Of a stretch of 64,000 bases of DNA, positions 34,838 through 49,345 are shown in pieces. The notes below the pieces were generated by a model. It made no database searches. It was not told the origin of the DNA and worked only from the letters and a program-made list of their open reading frames with translations. The position numbers and the translations under genes are program-made. The stretch's first letter is position 1. Every line of letters begins with the position of its first letter. The stretch comes from Camelus dromedarius (taxonomy: Eukaryota), in assembly GCF_036321535.1 (NCBI RefSeq), contig NC_087461.1, forward strand, positions 4,712,001 through 4,776,000. The letters run 5' to 3'.

Positions 34838-37000
34838 CATGGAGACAAGAGACAAGGGATCCTCACTGACACTTCTCCTCTAAGCCTTAGAAATTCTACT
34901 TACCGATATCAAATCTTAAAAAAAAGTTATTACATTTTTACTCTGACTTTGGAATTCGGTGTGGGAAAATACTTTGGTTGCATCCATGAAATCACCATAA
35001 TTATGCTGCACTGAGGCAATGAAAGTAGATGTTATGCAACTGGGTGTTAGTACTTCTGTGGTCTTGTGCAAGATGAGGGCATCTTACAGCCTCTTTACCT
35101 GTAAGGCAGAGCCTGGGGCAGCGGGTGCTCCTGAAAAAAAAAAAAAAATCAAAGGACCACAAATAATTCTAAGAGTGTAACTGTGGATTCCTGAAGATAC
35201 CTGGACCCGAGGGCGCCAGTCACCTCTCAAGTGGGTATGGTGGTGATCACGACCATCTCGGCTTGACCGAGATGAACTTCTAAGCAAATTATATCTCGCT
35301 CGATTGGTGACTTAGTTATCCAATTATTTAGAAGTCTGTGAACTCTAAGTTGATGTCTGACCTGATCAATTAAATCCTTCCTCTGAAGGAACTATTCCTA
35401 GACTCTTTGTGGAGGGTACGTGGCTGACAACTATAAAATCTTGAAGCCCTTTCAAAGAACTGGGAAGATTTCACTTCTGACGTTTGCTTGTGACCCTGTA
35501 TTATTGTGTATACCAGCTCAGGCTTTTGGTAGATCTCATCAAAAAGACATTAACCTTGGAACGGACCTTGCGATTCACTTCCTCCCTTGGACCGATGTGA
35601 GGACTTTTAGTTTCATCGACCTTCAGAGTCAAGGTGAAAACCACACTTCCTTTCTGGGCTTACCAAAATGGAAAACAACGTGGTATTCTGGAAAAAGTTC
35701 ATAAATCATGGTGGAGGCTTGAAGTGATCAAATATTTCTTTGGATGGAATGAAGGGGGACTGAAGGAGAAAGGCTCTGGCTGCTTTAGAGTTTCCTAATT
35801 TTGCGAAGTGAGGAGGAAATTCTAGTAAAGCCACGCCAGTTGGCTGCAGTGTTTTAATGCTGTTGTGCTCTGCCTTCAGAAGCGGTGCTGTCACCCCAGA
35901 GAAGCAACTCGCGTACAGGAGTGCTGGTTACCCAACGATCGCGTCTGCGTAACTGACCCACCACACCCTCAAATTAACCACTGGGGGCTGGTGGAATAAA
36001 GCATTCCAACTGTTGCAATCCAGGCCGGCATGGTCCTGAGATGCTCCGGATAGCCACCAGCCCTCATTCTTCTAGGTTGTTTCTTGACGATTTGCAGCAG
36101 TCAAAGCATTTCTGTGAAAGGGCTATAAAGATTGACATCTATGGCATTCGTCTTTCTACTGGGAGAGATTTTGCTTTCCGCTTTCCTTGGCCTCCTTGAC
36201 TGAATGATCAGATACGTTCAGTGGGGTTGCCAGCTGGAGGCAGCGGTGGTGAGAGGTATGCCCGGACTACGAAGTCCCCACCGAGGCATGGATCAGCCCC
36301 AGACATTTGTGACTGCATCGGTGAGATCCCATTGCCTTTCTTGGAAGCGTGGCAAGGGCTTCTCTGGTTTTCTTCTTGTCTCTGCATCAGAGGGCAGCCT
36401 TGTGATGTGCTTGTGGTCCCGCCGTAATGGTCAGACCCATGGGTGCAGCCGGGGTGGAGGTGCGGGTCCTGCAGCGGGTGATGCCTCAGCTGCTGTTACG
36501 TGGAGAGAGGCAGGAGGCCGGCAGCTGGGCACCCAGGCGGTTTCTATGTTGTTGCTAGGGATGCTGCACTGAACATCCCGATGCTCTGTGCTTGAAATGG
36601 GGAAAAACTGACATTCTGACTTCCCACATGAGAGTGGAATACGTGATTCACAGCCCTTCTGCAGCATTAATCAAGCCATGTTTACATGGAAAGAAGCCAA
36701 AACAGCCAGAGCCAAGAGCTGCTTTTGGAAAGCCAAGTGATGATGTCATCTGGGCAGAGCAGCCCCGGCAAACCACTTAGCTGGCTTAGGTGCTTCGTAT
36801 TTAGCCGTGGAGCAAATCCCAGTTAAGTGTCGGAGGAACATCACGGTGTTTGGTCCCGTCCTTGGGATTTACATGGTTGTATTATGGTTTGTTTATCAAA
36901 TACTGTAACACCATCATTTGTTATTATCTCAAGTGAGAAACAACCTGATCCACTGGTGAGATGGCAATGAGAGAGTTCTAAACTCTTGCAGGGAGAAAGT

Positions 37001-37001
<1 letters not shown>

Positions 37002-37041
<40 letters not shown>
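37002..37041. repeat. (CA)20 microsatellite
   Basis: Perfect dinucleotide run. Confidence 0.97.
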
Positions 37042-37042
<1 letters not shown>

Positions 37043-40000
37043 CCGAAACATGAAGGAAAGAATGCTATTGGTCCTGCCGGGGTGATGCACTGTTAGTTGT
37101 TCCAATCATATCCCTTCTTTTAGGATATGTATTCACACGGCCACATGCTTGTCCCAAGATGGAATTATTCTTACCAAGTAATTTCAGGGGAGAACTTCCG
37201 TTTTGAATTGATTGATGTGTTCCTACTTCCTGTGCAGCCCCAGCCCCTGTTGATAGGAACCCATTTTTAGCCAAGCCTCTGAAATGATAAAATTTGTCCC
37301 TAGGGTAATGTTAGGCCCTGCTATGTGCCACGTGTTGAGCTAAGTCAGGCATTAAGGCCACAGTGGTGGATGTGATGGTCATGGTTCTTGTGTGCATGGA
37401 GTTGAGTTTTGTCAGCTTGTCAATATGGTAGATTTTCTCTGAGGAGCACAGTGGAATTTGGCCAATTTACTGTAATCCTATTAATGCCTGAATTACAGGC
37501 ATTGCTTTTTTAGGAGACCCTTGGATTAGGTATTCTGCGTGGAAATCAAATACTTCCAAGTTAGAGTTTTTGTCCATTTCTAAAGGGTTCATAAAATCAT
37601 CAAAATAAGAGATGTTTAAAAAAAAGTAAACGACACCAAAACAAAAACAAAAACAAAAACAAACAAAAAACAACCCCAAAGGGTCAGGTTAATCTAGGAA
37701 CCGACATATAATCCTTGAATAATTACAGTCAATTTTATTCTATTTTGCGTACAAAGACTTAGGATATTTTTTTGTAAACTAAGCAAAGGACAGATCTGAA
37801 TTTCATCTTGAGCCAATAACTGAATTCAAAGGAGAAACTGTACTCTTATTATCAATCGAGTGGTAGATGAGGAGTTTAGCAGATGCCTCATGGTGCCGTT
37901 GGGGCTACACTGTGGTCGTCAGTGGAGTGACGACCAAAATAAAATAATGAAATAGTCTGCAAAGAATAACAAAAGTACAGGGGTCTTTACAAGATAATTC
38001 TTGGAGAAAAGTTTGCTTTCAGGGTTAGACAAACGACAAGACAGTGGCAGCAGGCTTGAAATAACCTGACTTCTTGGAAGCAAAGATTCTACTTTCAGAT
38101 AGGAACTGACACAACACTTAATCTTCTGAGGCTGAAAAAAATAGAGTTTCATGCAATTTAGGAGACTTTCTGAACAGTTCTTTAAAGCCTTCTCTGCTTT
38201 AGTTTTAGATGTCCAGCCTTGGTTGGTTGGGGCTTTGTTTGGAGTCTCCCCAGACCCCAGATTCAAACGTGCCTTTTTCTTAGATGTATTATGAAATTTC
38301 ATAGCATTACATGTTACCCAACCACCTCCCCAGTTACACAGCATGGCAATTCAGTACTACTCCTTTGACAAGAAAAACAGGCGATTTCCTTACATCTTGA
38401 AAACGTGTTTGCCAACTACCTACCCAAGAGGTGACTGACATTTTGGGAGGGAAAAAAGTGATTCATTCAAGGACCTTGACAATAAATCCACTTCATAAAT
38501 ACTATATCATTTTGTGAAGACATATTCCCTATTGCTTTCTTTTGCCAGAGAATATCAATGGTGAGCCAGTGTAGACTGAGAGAAATTGGGACCTATGGTT
38601 CAAACACTTTTTCTGTTTATTTGTTTCAAGTAATATATATTTCATTTTCCCCTTAGTAACATTAAAATGAGTTACTTTGCCGAAACTAAAGTAGAGTTTG
38701 ACAATTTGCTGCATAAATTAGCCAGTGAAGATGATAAAACCATTAGTGATTAGGATGCACAGAGAAACTTTTGGTGTCTGTATGTGTAAAATTAAAGGGA
38801 GTGTTGTGAAACAGCTTTCATTTCAGGCCACAGCCATGACCATATCACATTCTTTTAAGAAAATGTTTTCATTCTTGAACAACTAATAATATGAGTACAG
38901 TCGGTAGTCAGAAATGCTGAATTCATCTTTATAGTTGTAAACGAAGGGAAAAAGAAGCTCTGTTTCCTAAACATAATTATGGAATAGGCAGTTTACTTAA
39001 CTTTGAAATCCTTTTATTGTCACTAGGGAAATGTTTGAATGACTGTTATGGACTCTTTCAAATTGTGCCGTGTGACTTCTTCAAAGAGCTATATGAATAG
39101 TGCATGGTTTAAATCCTACACCCTTATGATGCTGGTTTCATAGGGTTGGAACAAAGCCTTGGTTTTTGTGATGGTTTAGGCGTTGTCCAGTTTGGCGATC
39201 GATGAAGGATTTGCAGATTCAAAATAATACTGAACTGAATTAGAATTTTCCCAAATATCTATCACCTCTTCCAGTAATTGTCAGTTCAGCCTTTTCCCTT
39301 TACCAGAAATCCAGAGCCCCTCCTATTGCCTCTTGCATTGCCAAGCAGAGGTTAAAGGCATCTGAGGACAGCAAAGGAGAAGTCCCCACACCCAGCCACA
39401 AATCGCCAGGAAGACATCACCCAAATGCCTCTCCGCATGTATCCTTTTTTTTGAACAATGTTTTCTCCCAGGTTCTTCCTAGCTGACTTGGGTTCATGTA
39501 CAAGTGCCCACGTGGGGAGAGGTGAGAATAGACAGGGCTTGGGGTCAACTCTCTTGACCCTGTTGTCCTGTGGAGTGAAGGTGGTGGTATTACTAATTGA
39601 CTGAAAGCCTCAAATTAACAAACCAGAAACAAAATAATTAGAAGTGCCCTGTCTAGGCATTACAAGGGGTTGTGATATGAATAGCCAAGGGAAAAGTCAT
39701 GTCTCCTGTAAGGTTTGGGTTTGTTCAGAGATGGCTCATCTCACAGTTGTCAGAAACAACTATTAAAGCATGCAGTAGTCAGCCCAGTTCTCTCTCTTTT
39801 CGTATGGGTGGCAGACGCAGACTGTGTGAAGGTCCACAGTGAGGGCTGTGGACCCATTTAGTTTTATTAGACTTCCCCTTTTTGCATCCTTCTATCTTCA
39901 GGACGGGAGTACTTCTACCATAATGCCTATGACAGCACTTGAATCAGGCTGGCTCTGCCTTCACATCTCCAGAATGTGAAGATTCAGGACTCAGGCAGAT

Positions 40001-40409
40001 AAGTGGAAATGGCTTTTTGGAGGGCAGTGGCCATCACAGCCTCTAAATCACACCCCAGGTGCCATGGAAAGTACGTGTGGGAGCCCTCCCCTGGAATGCC
40101 ACTCAGTTGGAAATTATACGTCAGACAGCCAATCTTTTGGACTTTATTTTTCTTTTGAGTCCCCCACATTTGAACTTAGGGTACTAGTTGGGTAACAAGC
40201 AGAACCTTTGTTATTTTTATGGCATCTAGGAAAAATTTTAAAGTGAAAGGAAAAACAATGGATGGGATAGAAAAGGGAAATGCAGAACTGAAAGGATGAT
40301 TTAACATGTTTACCTTTTCAGCATTTTCATATGCATTTAAAAAACATGTCATCAGGGTCATGAAACATCTTGTAGGGATTTTTTTATTGCTATTATTTAG
40401 AATCCATGG

Positions 40410-41113
40410 AAATATTAGCAAACTTAATTCAACAAACCAGAAAAAGGATCATTCCACAATCAAATGGAATTTATCCCAGAGATGCAAGGATGGTTCAATA
40501 TCTATAAATAAATCAATGTGCTACACCACATTAACAAAACAAAGGGTCAAAATCACATGATCAGCTCAAGGTGCAGAAAAAGCATTTGACAAAGTTCAAC
40601 ATTCATTCATGACAAAAACTGTCAAAAAGTTGGTATAAAGGGAACATATCCCAATGTAATAAACGCCGCTTATGACAAACTTAAAGCCAACATACTCAAT
40701 GGTGAAAAGCTGAAAGCTTTTCCTTTGAGATTAGGAACAAGACAAAGATGCTCATTCTTATTTCTATTTAACATAGTATTGGAGGTCCTAGCCACAACAA
40801 TCAGACCTGAAAAGGAAATTAAAGGCATCCAAATTGGAAATAAAGAAGTAAAACTGTCACTATTTGCAGATGATATGATACTGCATAAAGAAAATCCTAA
40901 AGTCTCCACCAAAAACTATTAAAACTAATAAGACAAATTCAGTAAAACTGCAGGATACAAGATTAATATACAGACATCTATTGCTTTTCTATACACTACT
41001 AATAAATGACTAGAAAGAGAAAGCAAGAAAACAATAACAGGTATAATTGCATCAAAAAGAATCAAATACCCAGGAATAAATTTAACCAAGGAAGTGAAAG
41101 ACATATACTTTGA
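40410..41113 (+). mobile_element. L1 ORF2 reverse-transcriptase-domain fragment (degenerate, frameshifted)
   Basis: Translation [11 protein letters not shown]...[39 protein letters not shown] contains the L1 RT FADD motif; upstream matches the ILAN/GFIP/QGWFNI region. Confidence 0.96.
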
Positions 41114-41229
41114 ATTTCTACAGCACTTTGGCTAACTAGTATACTAGTATATGCTAGTACTTAGCATTTACTGCCTTTGGCTCAAATGATAATTTGTCAC
41201 TTCTTGGGTGACATTTTTACATTTCAGAT

Positions 41230-41335
41230 CAAAGGCTCCATGTGGGCTATAATTATCCCTTGCACACCATTGTATCCTCAATGACATAGCATTTTGCTTC
41301 CAGTGAACTCAATAAATATTTGTTGATTGATTAAC
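41230..41335 (+). mobile_element. L2 3' end
   Basis: gtatcctcaatgacatagc...gtgaactcaataaatatttgttgattgatt. Confidence 0.65.
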
Positions 41336-41951
41336 TGCCTAGGCAGGAAAATAAGTTATATTCTCATAAAGATCAACCATTTAATTGATTCCTAGCAAGT
41401 ACATTCATAAGTACTAACCCTTTTATGGTTTCACCCTAACAGACTGATCAATTTACATTCATTTAGTTGCCATATATCATGAAAGCTGTTTATGTACAAA
41501 CATGCAAGTAGAAGTTTGTAAACAATATCTTCTCTAAATCACTCTTGTGTTTTTATGAGTGTCCAAGGATCCTTCTGGATCAAAATAAGACCTTTATTTG
41601 TTAAGTGAAAAATGTCCTTGAAGTCAGTCTCAAGTTGATTAAATTAGAATTTTTACTCATTCATACAGTGTCTCTATGGAGCATCCTGCTCATTTTGAAG
41701 TTATCACTCAGTGGGTGTGAGGCTTTTATGCAGATGACACTGAAAAGCCCTGTGTAGTTCCCTGCTGTTGTTTTCACCCTGTGCCCATGTGAGAACCTGC
41801 CCTTGGTTTGTGGTTGACCAAAGAACACAGAGACACTGCTGTGTTTATCTTATGCACGATGCCTGGGCTCTAAATAGCCACTTCATCATCTATGGCTGCT
41901 TCTCAACTCGGCCAATCAGTTGCTTCTGTTACTTCCCAGCACCCTGCCTGT

Positions 41952-42545
41952 TCATTATAGCTTATTACAAGATACCGAATATAGTTCCTTGTGCCATCCA
42001 GCAGAACCCTGTTGTTTATCTACTTTATATACAGTACTGTGTATCTGCCAATCCCAAAATCCTAATTTAATTCTCCCTGCCCTCCTTTCCCCTTGGGTAA
42101 CCATCAGTTAGTTTTCTATGTCTGTGAGTCTGTTTCTGTTTTGTAAGTAAGTTCCTTTGTATCATTTTTTAGATTTCACATATAAGGGATATCATATAAT
42201 ATTTGTCTTTCTCTGTCTGTCTTACTTCACTTAGTATGACAATCTCTAGGTCCACCTATGTTGCTGCAGATGGCATTATTTCATTCTTTTTTATGGCCAA
42301 GTAATACTCCATTATATATAGATACCACATCTTTATCCATCATCTGTTGGATGAATAAATTGTTTTAATGTCTTAACTATTGTAAATAGTGCTGTTGTGA
42401 ACATTGGGGTACATGTATCTTTTCCAATTAGAATTTCCACTGGCTATATGCCTAGGAGTAGGATTGCTAGATCATATGGTAACTATTTTTAGTTTTTTAA
42501 GAAACCTCTATGCTGGTCTCCATAGTGGCTGTACCAATTTACATT
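41952..42545 (-). mobile_element. L1 3' UTR / ORF2-end fragment
   Basis: ttattacaagataccgaatatagttccttgtgcc...ggtaaccatcagttagttttctatgtctgtgag...ctccatagtggctgtaccaatttacatt. Confidence 0.93.
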
Positions 42546-45500
42546 ACTTTATTTTAGTTTTGATTTTTTCTACTGTATAACAAGAGGATGCAAAACATTG
42601 GTCCTGATGTGGGGCACCTCAGAGTGTGGACTGGGAGGGGCAAGGGGCACGAATGCTAAAGAGGAGAAACATGAGAGAAGGATGCCATGAGCAATCTTCT
42701 TGGAATTCGTTCTGGAAGGTTTTAGAACATCAAGATCGTCCAGGGATTTTCTTCTTTCTAGGAAGTTGTTTAAAAAATAAAATGAAAGTAAAGCTTCTGA
42801 CAACACTTCCAACGGCCCCTTTCCTGAGCTCATCAATATTTTAGTTAATTTACGAATTATTTACTTTGTGGGATGCCCAGCAAGTAACCTTTCCCCTGCC
42901 CTCTAGACTTTCAGCTCCTGCATTTGGCTTTCGTGAAATATTCTACAAATTCAAACACAATCAACTTAACTCATTGTACTTTATGACGCTGGGTCAGAAT
43001 GCCAGAATTTCTGTGCCAGTTTCACTGTGCTCATTGAAACCTCAAGAGTATCTTTCAGATATTGGCTTTCAAACCTTTCTTTTTGAAGACGTTGCTATTT
43101 ACTTACTATGTGCCAAAGCCACCATGTCCATGTAATTGAAAACAAGCAAGAAAGAGACTGGATGGCTCAGATGAATGGAAATGTGATACAGGCCCTTCCA
43201 CCCACAACGCATTGGCTGGAATCCAGGCAAGGCTGATGGAGACTAAAAGTAATTACCATCTGATGGCTGGACAATGGTCTGTGTGAAGCGAGCTGGTTAT
43301 CTCAAGTCTAGTTCCTCATGGACAGGTGTTCGTATTGCAGTTTCCACCTTCAGTGACAGCAGCCCTGGGACTGAGTGAGTCAGACAGCCCAAAAGTCCCT
43401 TCTCTCTCATTGGAGGTTGGATGCCCGTCCGTGTGTGACACCAGGAGACTTCTGGCTTCTGCCTTCAACTTTTCAATAGATGAGCAGAGAATGTGACTAT
43501 GAACGTCTAATCAAGCTCTTTTTCCCATGAGTGTAAAAGTTATTTGTAAAACAACAACAAATCTTAGGCATTTCCCATTTGTCTATTTAATTAAAAGGCA
43601 TTCTGTGGTACCAAAGGGAAAAAAGCAATATTGGGAAAATGATAACAATGTGACTTTTTTTTTTTTTAGCACTGTAATAATGTGCCCTGAACCCTTCAAA
43701 TTCCAGTCTTGCTTTAGAAACCACTGAAGAATAAGCAGAAGGGGAACTCTCTCCCCACATCTGTTATTAAAGTCATAGGAAACAACCAAATTCAGTGTCA
43801 ATATTATTATCCATCCTGCCAAAGCTGGAGATTATTTCCCCTGTTCATCTGAGCAAAAGATTTTCCAAACTTTATAAATATTGTTATGTCTCTCCAATGC
43901 ATTACCTCACAGGTCTCTCCTGAAAGGTATCCAAATTCTACATTAAGGCACTTGTGGGAAAAGCAGAAAAAATAAATGGTTTACTTTAAATGGGATTTGG
44001 AAAGGGTATGATTACGGTATGAAATGTATCGCACTGACATAGTAAAATTGAACTTCCTAATGGATTCTTAAATTTTGAGTAAGCATTAAATCAATTTATT
44101 GAACTCCTTTCCGTATGTCTAAAAGTTACAATAAATACAATACATAATATATATATATTTTTCCCTGATGGATTTGCTGCAGTGAAGGACGTCACACATT
44201 AGCTGCACGGGCTGTGCTTAGAAAACGCTGAGGTCACAGAGATGGATGCAAAACCTGAGTGTATTGAGAGGCAAAATGTTTTCTGGGTGAACAATTAAGG
44301 ATGTGAATAGAGAGAGATTAGCTTCGCTACATAAAGAGGAGTTGCTACAATTCGCAGAGCAAACTGTCCTTCAATAGACTTACAAATGGATTCCATCTCT
44401 ACCCACAGCGTTTCTGTGTCATCAGGTAACCAGAGCTGAACGGTGTCCAGAAACACATTAGTTCTTGCACTTCGGTGGTGCCAGGCAGACAAATCTCCAG
44501 CAGGACACACAATGGCAGAATTCAAACATGAATGGAGAGCTGGATTTTCATTGTTTGCTCACAATACCTCTTGGGTGGAAGGAAGGAAGTCGACTGTATT
44601 GCCTAATAACTCGAAATGCCCCAGAGAAAGAAAAACAGACAGATTCCCACTTGGGTGGTGCATGAGTTTGTGTGGCCAGCCGTTCCTGGTGATAAGTTTG
44701 TGAAGGACTATTTTGCAGGTCCTGCTCGAATGGTAAAGCCATAAAGCATCCATGCAGTCAATGAGTCTGTCTGGCTGCGAAGGATACAGGTATGATTTAC
44801 AGCCTCTGCCAGGGAGACATCTAGTCGGGAACGTTTGAGAAAACCCTGCATAGGAAAGGGACCCAGGGATGGAAGAATGGTGACAAGCTATTGTTTCTCT
44901 GCTTGATTAGTTAAAAAGAAAAAAAATATTTTTGAGCTTGTAAAAGTTCTGTTTGGGTCTTGGCACAAATTCCAAAAGGGATAAATTTACATTTTGGCAT
45001 TTGGTCACTAAGAACAATAAAACCAGAGCTTGGCGATAAAGCAGAGTAGAAGTCCTGTCACCTAAAAGCACACAGACAGGCAGATAAAGGCTAACTGATC
45101 TTAAGAAAGTAACATATTGCCTTGGAAGGCGTCTGCTCCTGGAACTTGATGACAGACCAGAACAAGACCGTGTGTGAAGATCTTTCAGCCGTTGGTGGCA
45201 ATTTGTTATTTTCCAGTGTAATTGATCTCAGGTTGTATTCTAATCGACAAAGCCAAATTCAAGGGTGTTCAAAGAATAACTCCAATCCTGATTTTTCTAG
45301 GTTTTACTTTTCATCTCGCTTTCCTCCCATCCACAGTGCATAACCAACAGAGGGACTAATTTGGTTTCCGTGTTTCAACAGGGGTTTTATTGCTTTACGG
45401 GGTGAGCTAATAGGAGGAATATAAACAAGACCTGATATTTCTTTGACCCGTAATTAAATTAACCATCTGGAAATAGGCATTGTATGCTAATACTGCCTTT

Positions 45501-48500
45501 ATATTCACTTAAGCACCTAGTTTTGGAGTGAATAATGTTTGCTGAATAATGTACCAGCTGATCATAATATTCACACATTAAGATACGCCATATATGCACA
45601 CATAAAACATGTACAGAACTTGCCTTGAATCCCTGCGCAGTTTAACAATGTTAACCTCCTAAGAGGTAGGAAAATATACAGGAAGCTATCCTTAGCTGTC
45701 TACCTTGTACCAGCTCTTCCTGGAAATGAATGATGAATTCTTTTCTTACAATCTATTGAGGCTTTCTTGGGTAAACTGTATAGTATTTCATTCACCACGA
45801 ATCAAAACTAAGAAGAATGCCCTGCAGATTATTTTGTAACGAGTTTTTTAAAAATTCACTGATGTCATTTGCAGACTTGGCATCCTAATTGAATCTTAAG
45901 CAATTGAATTTTTTAAATGTTCAAGAGCTCCACGGAGACCATTTATACCAATATTTTGAACGACGTACGTACATGAAGTGCCGATGTGAGGGTAACAGAT
46001 GGCAAGCAGTTGGCACGTGTGTTATGGATGTGTGTGTGTACACGCATAGGGTACTGATTTATAGACACTAAAAGAAACACCATTAATTTGATGGTAGACC
46101 CCGGAAAACTCAATTGGCACTACTGTTTCACCTGCTGAAAGAAATCTATTTGATTTGCTCACTTTCTCCCATCATTTCTCTCTTTATGAAAGAATTCTGC
46201 TTTTTTTTCACTGCTTTGAGGTTGCTGCTTTGAATGGGAAAAATGAGTGAGTCAGTGCCCTCTTAGGCAAAAGTCAAACTGAGCTCTTCTGAGGAAAGAC
46301 AATGTATTATTTTCAAAATGAGTAAGACTCTCGAATCTTTCACTCAAGTTACCTTTCTTTTGTATATGCCCTCAAAAATACCTTACTTGTCACATCCACT
46401 CCGTGTTTCCGGCTTGAATTGGAGTTCTTCAATTTCTGAATGTTTATAAAAATTGTAAGATATCCTAGAATGAAAGAAACTAAGAGGTCTCTCCATCCCC
46501 CACAAGAGGGGTGTCCTAAAATGTAGCCACTAACTTCACGCCCTCCTTGGAAATCGTGGGTGTTCCATGCTCCAAAGCAACCCTAAACTTTTGCACAGTT
46601 GAGGTGAATGCATAACTTCGACTATATTTTATGGCTTTTGGAGGAACCATCAAATTAATTAAAAATCAGTAAGATGGGTCAAAAAAATTCATACACTATC
46701 TGTGAAAAACCCTGAAATGTGCTTGGTGACATTTTGAACACTTGCAAACTTAAACTGGAAAAACTTCCAATAGCGCACGCCTTGCAAAGCGGTAGCCATG
46801 TAGATATTAACAAATGGCCATATACGTGTGGCTGGGTATGGTTCTTCCATGAAATTATAACCCCTTTTTGATGTCATCAGGAAAGGAAACGTTGAAGTGT
46901 CTACTAAAAAAAAACCAAAACTGACCTTTTTATAATCTCACAAAAACAGTGATCTATCTCCAGCTGGAAACAAACGTGACAGGGGTAGAGTTTCCATCTG
47001 CTTCAGAAAATATCCTTTGAATGTTTAAGGTTTCCCCGGGGAATGGGGTTGTCTCTCCCTGACCCACTTCTTGGTTTTCACCTGACACTCGCTGTTCTAG
47101 ACTAGGAAGAGGCGGCTTGCTTCCCCCACTTGGATCTGCTTCAGGGGAGAGGAGACTCCCACAGGGTTTTGTTGATTGGGGTTTAAGAGCAGGAGGCAGT
47201 AGGTTTTCAGGCCAGTCAGGGAGGAGGTGGGGCACAGCTACCAAGGGGCCGAGGAGCAGTTTTCCCTGGTCTGTTTGGGTGTGCGGAACGGTGGGAGGCT
47301 GGACTCTGTCCTGTGAAACTGTAGCTTCAAGGGGTCCCTGAATCATTCCAAAGTGTAGACAGTTATCAAATGGATTGATTGCCAAAAGGGAACACAGGCG
47401 ACCTCTGGAGCGAGCGTGCTGTCCTCCCTCCCAGGTGTGACAAAGGGTGTGTACCCTACTTTCTTCTAAGTCTGACTTAATTGCCATTGCTACCTGGTCT
47501 TAAATATGCCTTCAGGTGGAACCATGGCTCCGTGATTCACCTGTGCCTCCCTTCCCGCGTGCATCTTCCTGTCTCCTTTGTGTTTCACTTTGTCCCCTGC
47601 GCCACGCACCCTGCCCCACCCTTAGAGGAAACCCATGGAGGATAAGAATCTAGCCTAGAGTGCATAAGCTCCTTTTCTATTGGTGCCTGTCTTGAAAACC
47701 GAGAATCAGAAACTGCTAGATGAGAACCCAATGCCTTAGTGAGGAGAGAGGAGGGAGAGAGAAGACGAAACAGACACCGCTCAGATGTCCCCCATTTTTC
47801 CATATTCAGGAGGGGACCTGGGGTGTGGAGCTGAAAAGGGGGGTGGGTATTGTGATTAAGAAAAAAAAAAACGCACAACAGACAATACCTCTTCTATGAA
47901 AAGCAGCTTTGTTCTTCCGTGTCATTTAAAAAAGCAATCAAACAAGTGAATTTACAACGGAATCTTCCCACCTTGAAAGCTGTTTGCATAGATGCGGGGA
48001 AAGTAGGTTGGCCAGCAGTTGGGGTGAGCGGCACAGAATTACAATCAGAGGTTGTAACAGTGTTACATGAAAGCATAACGGTGGCCAGAAAAAATAATAG
48101 GAAATGTAACTACTTGCTTCATCAGAAGGTTGCATCATAAATAAGCCAGGCAGGAAATGATTAAGGGCAGTATCACCAAAGGGTGTCCCTTGGATGCTGT
48201 GCCATATAAAAAGCACAGTCATCCTATAAAAGTTATAAAGTTTATGATTATAATGATTTATTATAAAGGGTGATGATGACTTATCATTATAAATAAAAAA
48301 CGATATATAATTTATTATCTGCCCATATCGACATCTCACGTTGGCCACCACAAGCCTGTTTACAAGCCAAGAGACCCCAGTCTATCCCCACTAACTTCCA
48401 GTCTTTCTAAAGGCAGTCTCTTGTGGCCACCTTTATTCTTCTTGGTTTCATCCCAGTTGGTCATGAAAGCAGTGAAGGTAGTTGCCCTTCGAACAGGGAG

Positions 48501-49008
48501 AACAAAGTTTTCAAAGCCCAGGTAGGCACCATTCTGGGGGCTGCTGCCTACTCTGGCCTGATTTTTTTCATCATAAATCTGCATTCTTTTACCAAGAAGC
48601 TCTTAGATGGAGAAAAATAGAACCACGAGTATTCAGTTTATTGGGTTTGGTTTGAGAAGTTGCAGCTGTTTTGACATCTTGACTCAGACTTTTAAAAACT
48701 CAAAAATTCAACAATAAATGGTAACCTAGGAAAAAAATTGTGCTTAAAAGTGTATTTTTGATGGGACCTGGTGTGATAACTCCACCTTCTTAGCACTTAA
48801 GATTCTAATTTTAAGATGCTTCTCCCTTCCTTTGATGGAACTACACAGAGCAGTGTGAGATTCGTGGCTGGAGCCAGTCCTTGGAATGAGTCTGCTCTCC
48901 GGTGTGTAGATTGACTCAAAGTCTTCTTCTTCCTGTTTGTGCATTAGATTTCTTTGTTTACTGCTGCATCCAAGCGGTCCTTGCATTAAAAGCAAAATCA
49001 TGCTAGCA

Positions 49009-49095
49009 GGGAAGGGAGAGCTCAGTGGCAGAGCACACACTTAGCATGCTTGAGGTCCTAAGTTCAATCCTCAGTACCTCCATTAAAAAAAAAAA
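49009..49095 (+). mobile_element. Camelid tRNA-derived SINE (Vic-1 type)
   Basis: gggaagggagagctcagtggcagagcacacacttagcatgcttgaggtcctaagttcaatcctcagtacctccatt(A)n; TSD aaaatcatgc at 48994-49003 and 49092-49101. Confidence 0.9.
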
Positions 49096-49282
49096 TCATG
49101 CCTTCTCTTCTGGCACTGGAGGCACCTTGCAGTGTGACTTCAGGGGCCTGTGCAAGGGATAAAGGACATTGAAAAAAATTAAGAACTCACCTACACATTT
49201 TAAAAGGCTTACCCAAAGCGTGGTTTCAAATGCCAGGTGGGATAACAACGTGGTGTCATCCTGGAGCAATTGTTTTTGATGT

Positions 49283-49345
49283 GTGTGTTTGTTTGTTTGT
49301 TTGTTTGTTTGTTTATTTATTTATTTATTTATTTATTTATTTTTT
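49283..49345. repeat. Compound (GTTT)n(ATTT)n microsatellite
   Basis: gtgtttgtttgtttg...tttatttatttattta. Confidence 0.9.

Noticed and set aside
43372-46255. TGAGTGAGTCAG occurring twice (43372 and 46244)
   Set aside because: Many shared 12-mers are expected by chance in 64 kb.
46954-47487. 177-aa minus-strand Pro-rich ORF
   Set aside because: No recognisable domain, no convincing splice sites, GTG-type start; length is attainable by chance in G-rich non-coding DNA. A tBLASTn or PhyloCSF hit would revive it.
49009-49095. tRNA gene (also 34373-34462)
   Set aside because: A/B boxes are present but there is no intact cloverleaf; A tail and TSD mark them as SINEs.
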